In this document: positions 1 through 6,843 of the stretch, one piece after another | How positions within the stretch are numbered: position 1 is the first letter of the stretch | How the letters are laid out: each line of letters starts with the position of its first letter | Origin: Ferroglobus placidus DSM 10642 | GTDB lineage: Archaea; Halobacteriota; Archaeoglobi; Archaeoglobales; Archaeoglobaceae | Length of the DNA: 32,000 bases | Direction: 5' to 3' | Assembly (NCBI RefSeq): GCF_000025505.1 | Contig: NC_013849.1 | Location: 1,950,001 to 1,982,000 of the forward strand | Position numbers and translations under genes: made by a program | Notes under the pieces: model-generated | What the model was told of the DNA's origin: nothing | Databases searched by the model: none | The model's input: the letters and a program-made list of their open reading frames with translations, nothing else

Positions 1-549
1 ATTGGAAAGAAGCTCGCTGCTTACGGGTTAATAGACGGTGCGAGCGGAAATTTGAGCTTTAGAAAAGGTGGAAAAATAGTAATAACGAAAACCGGAGTTG
101 TTCTGGACGAGTTAACGGAAGAGGACTTCGTTGAAGTGGAAATCGGAAAGAAGGAGGATGAGGCTTCTTCGGATTTGTACGTGCACGAGAGAATTTACGA
201 AGAAACCGACTATAAAGCTGTTCTCCACTGCCACGGAGTTTACGGAGTTACTCTCTCCTTATTCTTCGACGAGATAATCCCCTTAGATCTGGAAGGAAAA
301 ATGTTTATTGGCAATCTTAAAATCGTTGAGGGAAGATTTGGCTCCCCCTCCTTAGCTGAGAAAATTGCGAAAAGTGTTAAAGAGAAGGGAATATGCTTGG
401 TTAGAGGACACGGCATTTATGCAGCTGGCGAGAATTTTGACGAAGCTTTCAAACTTGCAAGCTATTTAGAGCATTCCTGCCAAATCCTCTTCAACTACGA
501 GGTTTTCCGTAGAGTTCTTGCAAATCCTTACCACGCTTGTAGGCAGTGA
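1..549 (+). CDS. Class II aldolase/adducin-family protein (fuculose-phosphate aldolase / MtnB-like), 5' end cut by window edge
   Basis: Frame 1 is open from base 1 (IGKKLAAYGLIDGASGNLSF...), so the tracked TTG at 52 is internal. GNLS, HCHGVYG and RGHGIYAAG motifs are typical of class II aldolases. Confidence 0.8.
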   Translation: MGKKLAAYGLIDGASGNLSFRKGGKIVITKTGVVLDELTEEDFVEVEIGKKEDEASSDLYVHERIYEETDYKAVLHCHGVYGVTLSLFFDEIIPLDLEGKMFIGNLKIVEGRFGSPSLAEKIAKSVKEKGICLVRGHGIYAAGENFDEAFKLASYLEHSCQILFNYEVFRRVLANPYHACRQ

Positions 550-685
550 GGGAAACGTAAACCCCAAGGAGGAATAATAAGACTGTTAAATACCACATTC
601 CGAAAAGAAGAGGGAAAGGAGAAACCGCTACGAGCAGAATTCCGAGGAGAAACATTGAAATTATCGAAGCGAACTCCTCTCTCAT
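491..685 (-). CDS. Hypothetical 64-aa membrane protein (two hydrophobic helices)
   Basis: ORF-track protein has two clear TM-like segments (SMFLLGILLVAVSPFPLLF, WYLTVLLFLLGVYVSL) and a basic tail. An A/T box lies 22-40 nt upstream. The ORF overlaps the aldolase 3' end by 59 nt, so it is uncertain. Confidence 0.35.
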   Translation of the reverse strand: MREEFASIISMFLLGILLVAVSPFPLLFGMWYLTVLLFLLGVYVSLTAYKRGKDLQELYGKPRS

Positions 686-736
686 GCTTTACCCTCGGCA
701 GAAGAAGTTATTAACCTTTTTATCGAATAGTAGGTC

Positions 737-1858
737 ATGAAGATCGTTCACATCTCAGACTTACACTTCGGAGAAGAGCTCGTGAGGAGTAAAGTTGAGA
801 AGGCTATTAAGCAGATAAACGAAATCGAGCCGGATCTCGTTGTGGTCACTGGAGACTTAAGCTGCTGGGGAATTCACAGCGAATTGAGAGAGGCTTACGA
901 AGCTCTTGAAAAATTAAAGAGCGATTACTTCGTAGTTCCCGGAAATCACGATGCGAGAAACAACGGAATTGAGTTCTTCGAACTCTACTTTGGCGAGAGG
1001 AAGAAAATTTACAAGGACAGCGAGGTAGTGATAATAGGAGTCGACAGCACCCAGCCGGACATAGACGACGGATACATAGGATTCGAGCAGAGGAGGTGGA
1101 TAGAGGAGAACTTCAGAAAGGATAGGATTAACGTGCTCGCTTTGCACCACCACATAGTTCCAATCCCGGACACCGGAAGAGAGAGAAACGTTCTGATAGA
1201 CGCTGGAGAGGTCGTTGAGATGCTGATAAACCTCGGGTTTGCGTTGGTTTTAGCCGGACACAGGCACATGCCCTACTCAATTAGATTGATGAGGACGCAC
1301 ATAATTCACGCGGGAAGCTTGGGTTCTTTCAAAATCCTCGGCATGCCTGATCACAACTACAACGTAATAGAGCTGAGCGAAGATTACGTGAGCTTGAAGC
1401 TGAAGTTCGTCGACTACGGAGAGATAGACGTCGGAAGATACCAGATAAAAACTGAAGCTCCAGAGTCCGTGGCTATCTACAGGAAAGTTGGAAGACCCAA
1501 AAGGGTTCTCTTCGTTAGCAAAGATGGAGATGCGAGAGTTCAAATGGCTGAGGCATTGTTCAACAAGCTCTCTCCATACAACATGCTCGCTGAAGGGGCT
1601 GGAGTTGATGAGGTGAGCGAAGAGGATAAGGTCGCCAGAGAGGTATTAAATGAGATCGGAGTCGAAATGATATGGAGGAAGAAGAAAATCGACGAGAGGG
1701 ATCTGAAGAACTTCGATTACGTTGTAGAATTCGATGAGCTTGGGTTGGGAGAGACGTGGAAAATCGAGGTTCCAAAAAGCAGAGAAGATTACAGAAGGGT
1801 GAGGGAAGAAATTAGAAGAAAAGTTAACGAGCTCATATCACAGCTCATCGCGATGTAG
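737..1858 (+). CDS. Fusion protein: calcineurin-like metallophosphoesterase (N-terminal) plus degenerate low-molecular-weight phosphotyrosine phosphatase/ArsC-like domain (C-terminal)
   Basis: N-terminal half has the MPE motifs DLH, GDL, GNHD, HHH and GHRH. The C-terminal ~115 aa read RVLFVSKDGDARVQMAEALF...GAG...FDYVVEFDE, which aligns to the LMW-PTP pattern VLFVCxGNxCRSxMAEALF with Ser replacing the nucleophile Cys. Confidence 0.75.
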   Translation: MKIVHISDLHFGEELVRSKVEKAIKQINEIEPDLVVVTGDLSCWGIHSELREAYEALEKLKSDYFVVPGNHDARNNGIEFFELYFGERKKIYKDSEVVIIGVDSTQPDIDDGYIGFEQRRWIEENFRKDRINVLALHHHIVPIPDTGRERNVLIDAGEVVEMLINLGFALVLAGHRHMPYSIRLMRTHIIHAGSLGSFKILGMPDHNYNVIELSEDYVSLKLKFVDYGEIDVGRYQIKTEAPESVAIYRKVGRPKRVLFVSKDGDARVQMAEALFNKLSPYNMLAEGAGVDEVSEEDKVAREVLNEIGVEMIWRKKKIDERDLKNFDYVVEFDELGLGETWKIEVPKSREDYRRVREEIRRKVNELISQLIAM

Positions 1859-1859
1859 C

Positions 1860-2501
1860 ATGAGAACTCTTTTAATCTTTTTGGTTGTTTTGGCGATAAT
1901 CTTCTCTGGATGCGTCGAAGAGAGAAAGAAGGTAGTGTGGGACGTAGATCACAAGCCGGTTTTTCCACCTTCTCATTACTCGAAGCTGATAAGCCAGTTT
2001 GAAGCTGACGTAATCGAAGGAGGGGTCGAAGAACTTAACAGCTCCGAAGCTTACATCTTGGCTGGAGTGACGAGGAATTTCAGCGAGGAGGAGGTAGAAA
2101 AGATTTTGGAGTTCGTAAAAAACGGAGGAAAGCTCGTAATTTTAATACACATCCCTCCCGCAAACCTCGAACCGCTCCTCGATAGATTTGGGGTCGAAGT
2201 TTCCGAGAGACCCTACGAAATTATGGAAGTTACGGCGGTCCCCGGAGAAGACAACGTCTTAACAAAAGGAGTAAAAGAGATTTACATGAGAGGAGTTTTT
2301 CCAGTTAACGGCACTCTTTTCGTCGTGAAAAAGGACAGAGCTATTATTTTTGGAGGAATGAAAGGAGGAGTTGCCGCTCTCAAAAAGTACGGAAAGGGAG
2401 AGGTTCTCGTTTTTGGAGACGATGCGATGTTCCTGGACAGCTATATAAATAAGGTTGACAACTTAAAGCTGGCAAAAAATATTGCAAAGTGGATTAATTA
2501 A
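1860..2501 (+). CDS. Secreted/lipoprotein, DUF4350-like
   Basis: Signal peptide ends in a lipobox-like FSGC. The C-terminal VLVFGDDAMFLDSYI...NLKLAKNIAKWI resembles the DUF4350/GldG-like family (from memory). Starts 2 nt after the previous gene. Confidence 0.55.
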   Translation: MRTLLIFLVVLAIIFSGCVEERKKVVWDVDHKPVFPPSHYSKLISQFEADVIEGGVEELNSSEAYILAGVTRNFSEEEVEKILEFVKNGGKLVILIHIPPANLEPLLDRFGVEVSERPYEIMEVTAVPGEDNVLTKGVKEIYMRGVFPVNGTLFVVKKDRAIIFGGMKGGVAALKKYGKGEVLVFGDDAMFLDSYINKVDNLKLAKNIAKWIN

Positions 2502-2845
2502 CCGGCTTGAGGAGAGAGCATGCTCTGAAGCTTCTTTTGAGTTTCAGCAACTCTTTCTCTAAGTTTTTCTTCCTGCCTTTCGAGGGTTTTTATTCTCACC
2601 TCGTAAGTTTCCTTCCTTTCCCTAAGCTCTTTCTCAGCCTCTTCCTTCCTAACCTTCACGAGAATGCTCCCCACAGCCTTGTATACTTCTTCGCTTTGGG
2701 ACTTCTCCATCTCCTTCAAAGCGTCGTCGATCTCTCTTATCATCGCTTCCAGTTGTGCTTTCTGAGCTATCACCGCCTGAAGCTGCTGCTGAAGCTGCTG
2801 AAGCTGAGCTACCAAGTTCTGAACAGCCGGAGGAATTTCACTCAT
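2498..2845 (-). CDS. pfdB: Prefoldin beta subunit
   Basis: Coiled-coil protein MSEIPPAVQNLVAQLQQLQQQLQ...ILVKV...LERQEEKLRE. The start is taken at the internal ATG (2843-2845), which overlaps the upstream gene's TGA as ATGA. Conserved archaeal neighbourhood with Pcc1 and Brix. Confidence 0.85.
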   Translation of the reverse strand: MSEIPPAVQNLVAQLQQLQQQLQAVIAQKAQLEAMIREIDDALKEMEKSQSEEVYKAVGSILVKVRKEEAEKELRERKETYEVRIKTLERQEEKLRERVAETQKKLQSMLSPQAG

Positions 2846-3075
2846 CTTAACACCCCGCAAATGTCTGTGCAAACCTTAATTTGACGGAGATACATGTTCA
2901 ACATCGCCCTTAAAGCTGAGAGGTCTTTTGCCTCGACCTCTAAGACCAACCTTCCATTCGATAAATAAACTTTTGCCCTCGACCTCCTCTCCTCGATTTT
3001 GTCCACCGATATTGCTTTGTAAATTAATTCAACTTCGTCTCCTTCCACCGTTAGCTTCGCCTCCATACCTAACAC
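2842..3075 (-). CDS. pcc1: KEOPS complex subunit Pcc1-like protein
   Basis: ~75-aa protein with LVLEVEAKDLSALRAMLNMYLRQIKV, matching the Pcc1 LRA..N..LR signature. Sits between the Brix and prefoldin-beta genes as in other archaea. The true start may be the second Met (3066). Confidence 0.65.
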   Translation of the reverse strand: MLGMEAKLTVEGDEVELIYKAISVDKIEERRSRAKVYLSNGRLVLEVEAKDLSALRAMLNMYLRQIKVCTDICGVLR

Positions 3076-3517
3076 CGAGAACTTTGATTCTAAGAACCGG
3101 CTTGCCGTCGTAAAGGAAGTCCAGAACGTTGTCGTGAACTTTCACGATCTTTTTCGTCTCAACCTTCCTCACGAACTTCTCCGCAGCCTTTCCTTTCGGC
3201 ATCGCTCCGAGAAGAAGAGGATCGAAGGGAGGGTCTCCTACAAAAACAACGAAATCGTCGTTCATCTTCACCTTTTTTATCTCACCGACGTTTATTCTCA
3301 AGGAAAGAAGCTCTTTTCCGCTTCTATCGTAAACTTTGAGGAAAGCGGGATTCGCCTTTATTTCGGTTATCATCACGAGGTTTTCCGTTAAATTTGAAAA
3401 TAGATCCTCCAGACTCATCTTTCCCCTCTGCACGTACCTCCAGTTCATGAATCTGGCTAAAACCTTGGCAAACCTTCTCGTTCTTCTGCTCGGATCGCGA
3501 GACGTCGTGAGGATCAT
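3029..3517 (-). CDS. Brix/Imp4-domain ribosome biogenesis protein
   Basis: N-terminus MILTTSRDPSRRTRRFAKVLARF is typical of archaeal Brix-domain proteins of ~160 aa. Its ATG overlaps the upstream USP stop as ATGA (3514-3517). Confidence 0.75.
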   Translation of the reverse strand: MILTTSRDPSRRTRRFAKVLARFMNWRYVQRGKMSLEDLFSNLTENLVMITEIKANPAFLKVYDRSGKELLSLRINVGEIKKVKMNDDFVVFVGDPPFDPLLLGAMPKGKAAEKFVRKVETKKIVKVHDNVLDFLYDGKPVLRIKVLGVRYGGEANGGRRRS

Positions 3518-4356
3518 TTGTAAACCAGAACCGGAACGATCGATCTCCTAACAACGTTCGATACCGTTCCTCCGAGCATTTCTCTGATCGACCCCTTTCC
3601 CCTCGAAGCGAGAGCGATCATCGTGGCTCCGTGATCTTCCATAACCCTTATTATCTCCTTGTAAGGCACTCCACCCTCTATGAAGATTTCGGCTTTTTTC
3701 CCCATCTCCTCAAATTCCTTTTTCATGTTTTCGAGCTCTTCGATTTCCTTGTCCGTAAGTTCCTCGTCTTTCTCAACCACGTGGACTATTAACACTTCCT
3801 CCCCAGCCTTTGCGAACTCCTTAACAAAGTCTTTCAGCTTTCTCGACTCTTCGCTGAAATCGAAGGCGTAGAGAATTTTTCTGGGAAGGTAGTCAAAAAC
3901 CTTTATGACTGCGTCATCTATTATGTCGAACTTTACAACCAAAACGGGCTTGTTCGACCTCCTCACGACACCCTCAGAAACGCTTCCGAGGAGAAGTTCC
4001 TTTATCAACCCCTTCCCGTGAGAGCCGATAACGATCATATCCACGTTCTTCTCTTCAGCAACGTCGATTATTTTGAAAACCGGATCTCCTTCGAGAACTT
4101 CGACTATTTCCACATTAAACCCGTACCCCTCAAGTTTTTTCCCTATTTCCTTCAACTTCTCCATAGATTCTTTTTCGTAACTTTCTATAACCGCTGGCAA
4201 ATCGACTCCAGAGGTTGGAGAGAGTATTTTGTTTAAATCGAGAACGTGAAGCAGAACGACTTCCTTCACTCCCACGTCTTTAAGATCTTTCACGCAATCT
4301 ACCACCTTCATCGACACGTGAGAGAAGTCCGTAGGGAGCAAAATTCTCTCTATCAT
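3514..4356 (-). CDS. Tandem universal stress protein (two UspA domains)
   Basis: Two repeats of the Usp pattern (ILLPTDFS...MIVIGSHGKG...GSVSEGVVRRSNKPVLVV and ILYAFDFS...MIALASRGKG...GTVSNVVRRSIVPVLVY). The start is moved to Met16 (MIERILLPTDFS), which lies ~28 nt downstream of a TATA box. Confidence 0.85.
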   Translation of the reverse strand: MIERILLPTDFSHVSMKVVDCVKDLKDVGVKEVVLLHVLDLNKILSPTSGVDLPAVIESYEKESMEKLKEIGKKLEGYGFNVEIVEVLEGDPVFKIIDVAEEKNVDMIVIGSHGKGLIKELLLGSVSEGVVRRSNKPVLVVKFDIIDDAVIKVFDYLPRKILYAFDFSEESRKLKDFVKEFAKAGEEVLIVHVVEKDEELTDKEIEELENMKKEFEEMGKKAEIFIEGGVPYKEIIRVMEDHGATMIALASRGKGSIREMLGGTVSNVVRRSIVPVLVYK

Positions 4357-4371
4357 CGGCTGTAGAATGGC

Positions 4372-4389
4372 AAAATAAAAATATAAATC
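4372..4389 (-). promoter_or_regulatory. Putative TATA box/BRE for the USP-Brix-Pcc1-pfdB string
   Basis: Reverse complement reads GATTTATATTTTTATTTT, centred ~28 nt upstream of ATG 4356. No SD is present, which fits a leaderless transcript. Confidence 0.5.
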
Positions 4390-4402
4390 TTTGGTTTTCA
4401 AT

Positions 4403-4420
4403 AGACCCGTAAACTTTACC
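4403..4420. repeat. Left terminal inverted repeat of the IS6-like element
   Basis: AGACCCGTAAACTTTACC versus the reverse complement of the right end AGCCCTGTCAACTTAACC: 14 of 18 positions match. The CTGT.AAC core resembles IS6/IS26-type IRs (from memory). Confidence 0.55.
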
Positions 4421-4445
4421 TTCCCAGAATATTATTCAGACAATT

Positions 4446-5082
4446 TTGATGAAGTTGAAGAAGCTTATAGAGGAGCTTGAGTTGTTTGAGAGGGAAAGAG
4501 TTCCGAACGACATTAGAATTCTTGGCGTAGCCACTTACGTTCAAACTTCTTCGACGAGGAGAACGGCTAAAATTCTCTCGGAGTTTCGTCCGGTCTCCCA
4601 TACGGCTGTGTGGAAATGGATAAAGAAGTTTGAAGAGAAGTTACCAATTTCTACTGAGAAGAAGCGGAGAAATCTTGTTGCAATAGATGAAACGATTGTC
4701 AAAGCTAACAAAAAGAAGTTCTACATTTTTGCCGCGGTAGACGTTGAAAGGAACGAGCTGATTTTAATGAGGGTTTACACGACGAGAAACATTCTTACAG
4801 CAAGGTCTTTCGTCAAAGAAGTTCTTAATTACTGCGAGAACGAACCCAAGTTTTTGATAGACAAAGCACCATGGCTGAGAAAAGCAATAGAAAGTTTAGG
4901 CTTGGAATTTAAGCATGAAACCTTTCGGAAAGAGAAGTCTGGTTGAAGCGACGTTCAGCTCATTTAAACAGAGAGTTAAGCTGTTCTTCTGTTCGATTTC
5001 CACTAAAAATCCAATTAAAAACTGGAATCTATTCTGCAAACTCTTCATGCTCTATTACAATCATCTGAGGTGGTTAAGTTGA
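4446..5082 (+). pseudogene. IS6-family DDE transposase interrupted by a +1 frameshift near 4926
   Basis: The tracked ORF (4446-4946) contains VAIDETIVKANKKKFYIFAAVDVERNELI and ends ...LEFKHETFRKEKSG*. The +1 frame continues GKRSLVEATFSSFKQRVKLFF...LFMLYYNHLRWLS* to 5082. Removing the single C at 4926 restores HETFGKRSLVE, the conserved IS6 transposase C-terminus. Confidence 0.75.
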
Positions 5083-5089
5083 CAGGGCT
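5072..5089. repeat. Right terminal inverted repeat of the IS6-like element
   Basis: GGTTAAGTTGACAGGGCT, the reverse-complement partner of 4403-4420. Confidence 0.55.
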
Positions 5090-5146
5090 GCAGTATAATA
5101 GCAAATTTTCAATCAAATTATTAAAATTTTTATTTATTTAAAAAAT

Positions 5147-6166
5147 TTATTTTGGTTTTTCGAGCACGACTACCGCTTCCGGATCTTTCAGCCTCAAGTC
5201 GAGGGTTTCCATCGCCATGAAAACGACCGAGTCATTTTCTGGACCGAGCTCAGTCAGCTCAAGCTCTTGACCGATCACGACATCTAAAACGCTCGGAGTA
5301 TTTGCGAAAACTATCACCTTTTCTTCAGCTTCCGGAGAGACGACGATTCCACCAGAGAACACTTCCTTCAGAATTTCGATGACGGTCTTTCCGCTTTTGT
5401 CGTGAACCTTCAGCAGCTTCGAGAACCTTTCCGGACTTATTATCATCGCGAGCTTTCCTGCAGTTACTTTCGAAACCTCTCCAGCTGCTTTCATCAGCTG
5501 CTCTATACATTCGTCACTCGTTTCCCACCTTCCGAGTTCCATCTTTTTTCCCTCATTGAGTCTGGAAATTATCTGCTTCTCCTCCGCTTTAGCAATCAAT
5601 TCTCCGGCTCTCGTCGCTATAGACGGATCGAAGCTTCCGTCTTTCAGCTCTCTTATGCCGATGGAAAACCTCTGGGTTATTAGCGGTATTTCCCTGAACT
5701 CCCTTCTTGAAACGCTAACGACTTCTCCGGACTCTATCAGATCAACTCTATAGCTCTGAGCGTGCACCTTCGTCTTGGGCAGGATGTTAAAGAGCCTTCT
5801 TCCCCTCTCCACGCCATCCATAAACGCTTTTTTCAGAACTTGGAAATAGTCGTTTCCTCCGTCGTTAAACTTAGTTTCTATTCCGGTCATCTCCTTAACC
5901 TCTTCGAAACCTTTTTTCAACTCTTCAACTTGCTCCTCGTCAATTTTTAACAGCAAAGCCGTAAATTCTCCAACGTGAGTTTTCTCTTCTCTTGCGATAT
6001 CGAGGAAAACCTTTCTTATGTCTTCGTCCTCTATAAACCTCGCCATCTGCTCGTATAAATTTATGGCGTCGTGTTCGGCTATGATTGCCAGTCTAATGAC
6101 TTCCATGAGTTCTTCCCTGCTGTAAGGCTTGTCCCTCGAAATAAGAGTCGGATTGATCGAAAGCAT
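5147..6166 (-). CDS. Encapsulin nanocompartment shell protein with N-terminal ferritin-like (Flp/EncFtn-type) domain fusion
   Basis: The N-terminal ~100 aa carry AEHDAINLYEQ and EEKTHVGEF (E...ExxH ligand pattern). The remaining ~240 aa resemble the linocin-M18/HK97-fold shell. The N-terminus MLSINPTLISRDKPYSREELME closely recalls Pyrococcus furiosus PfV/PF1192 (from memory). Confidence 0.85.
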   Translation of the reverse strand: MLSINPTLISRDKPYSREELMEVIRLAIIAEHDAINLYEQMARFIEDEDIRKVFLDIAREEKTHVGEFTALLLKIDEEQVEELKKGFEEVKEMTGIETKFNDGGNDYFQVLKKAFMDGVERGRRLFNILPKTKVHAQSYRVDLIESGEVVSVSRREFREIPLITQRFSIGIRELKDGSFDPSIATRAGELIAKAEEKQIISRLNEGKKMELGRWETSDECIEQLMKAAGEVSKVTAGKLAMIISPERFSKLLKVHDKSGKTVIEILKEVFSGGIVVSPEAEEKVIVFANTPSVLDVVIGQELELTELGPENDSVVFMAMETLDLRLKDPEAVVVLEKPK

Positions 6167-6187
6167 GATTTACAGTATTTGCATCCA

Positions 6188-6195
6188 TTTATAAA
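6188..6195 (-). promoter_or_regulatory. Putative TATA box of the encapsulin gene
   Basis: Palindromic TTTATAAA preceded on the minus strand by a purine-rich GAAAAAG. It is centred ~25 nt upstream of ATG 6166, which implies a leaderless mRNA. Confidence 0.5.
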
Positions 6196-6342
6196 CTTTT
6201 TCGTAGTCTTTTTCCATAGATAGAGTGATTAAAGACCAGGTAAATTCAAGATAAAACTCTATAATTGGCGTAATATTTTTATTAAGTTTCTCCAGTGGAA
6301 ACGGAGGGGGTTGCTTTTTAATCTTTTATCAGATTTAAGACC

Positions 6343-6810
6343 ATGATCGAAGAGCTGAAAAAGTTCTTCAGCGAATTCGAAGCTGAGGTTATCGAGTTCA
6401 ATCCAAAAAATGCTAAAATCGATAGGAGGGCGAGGTGGAAGTGCAAGTTCGGATGCAGTTATTACGGAAAGCGTTTTTCCTGCCCTCCGAACGTTCCCGA
6501 AGATTACGAGGAGTTCGTAAGAAGCTACAAAAAAGGGTACGCCATCCTCCTCAGATTTAACAACTACTTCGAAGATAAAAGAAAAGCTCAGGAGAAGCTC
6601 GTTGAGTTCGAGAGAAGTCTGCTTAACAGATACCCTCTCGCTTTCGTTCTATTCCCCGGAGGTTGCGATCTTTGTAACGAGTGCAGCTATCCAGATTGCA
6701 AGAGGCAGGAAGACGTTAGACCGACCCTTTCTTCAGTTGGCTTGACTGTGGAGCAGTTCGGAGTAAAAGTTGGGGACAACAGAAGTGTAGCGATCCTCCT
6801 ACTTGAGTAA
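6343..6810 (+). CDS. Cys-rich predicted metal-binding protein (DUF2284-like)
   Basis: Two cysteine clusters: C-x3-C-x8-C (WKCKFGCSYYGKRFSCPP) and C-x2-C-x2-C-x4-C (GGCDLCNECSYPDC). The DUF2284/COG5423 assignment is from memory. It is the first gene of the co-oriented cbi block. Confidence 0.6.
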   Translation: MIEELKKFFSEFEAEVIEFNPKNAKIDRRARWKCKFGCSYYGKRFSCPPNVPEDYEEFVRSYKKGYAILLRFNNYFEDKRKAQEKLVEFERSLLNRYPLAFVLFPGGCDLCNECSYPDCKRQEDVRPTLSSVGLTVEQFGVKVGDNRSVAILLLE

Positions 6811-6843
6811 AATTTTTTTGATGAATAGTTAAGTCACTTTGAG

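Larger units (their letters stand above)
4403..5089 (+). mobile_element. IS6-family insertion sequence (~687 bp), degenerate
   Basis: Imperfect 18-bp terminal inverted repeats (14/18 matches) bracket a DDE transposase gene of the archaeal IS6 type. The transposase stop lies inside the right IR, as is usual for IS6 elements. Confidence 0.7.

Noticed and set aside
2507-2884. 125-aa plus-strand ORF opposite prefoldin beta, and similar antisense ORFs such as 914-1153, 3680-3871, 7433-7753, 8934-9254, 10913-11314, 16972-17322, 18762-19346, 19889-20188, 26428-27045 and 31094-31471.
   Set aside because: Their sequences are low-complexity Ser/Leu/Phe-rich, as expected for the reverse frames of Glu/Lys-rich genes. 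Each lies wholly inside a well-supported gene on the other strand. They are treated as shadow ORFs.
4395-4402. TTTTCAAT as a clean 8-bp target-site duplication of the IS6 element.
   Set aside because: The second copy (5106-5113) is 16 bp beyond the recognisable right IR rather than abutting it. It is kept only as a caveat inside the IS finding and not called as a TSD.
6167-6342. Possible cobalamin riboswitch or other leader RNA upstream of the cbi block.
   Set aside because: I see no B12-box-like element (consensus roughly AGYCMGGAGACCKGCC) and no extended pairing. The only structure is a 4-bp CTCC...GGAG stem. The region is better explained as two divergent AT-rich promoters. Cobalamin riboswitches are also not established in archaea.
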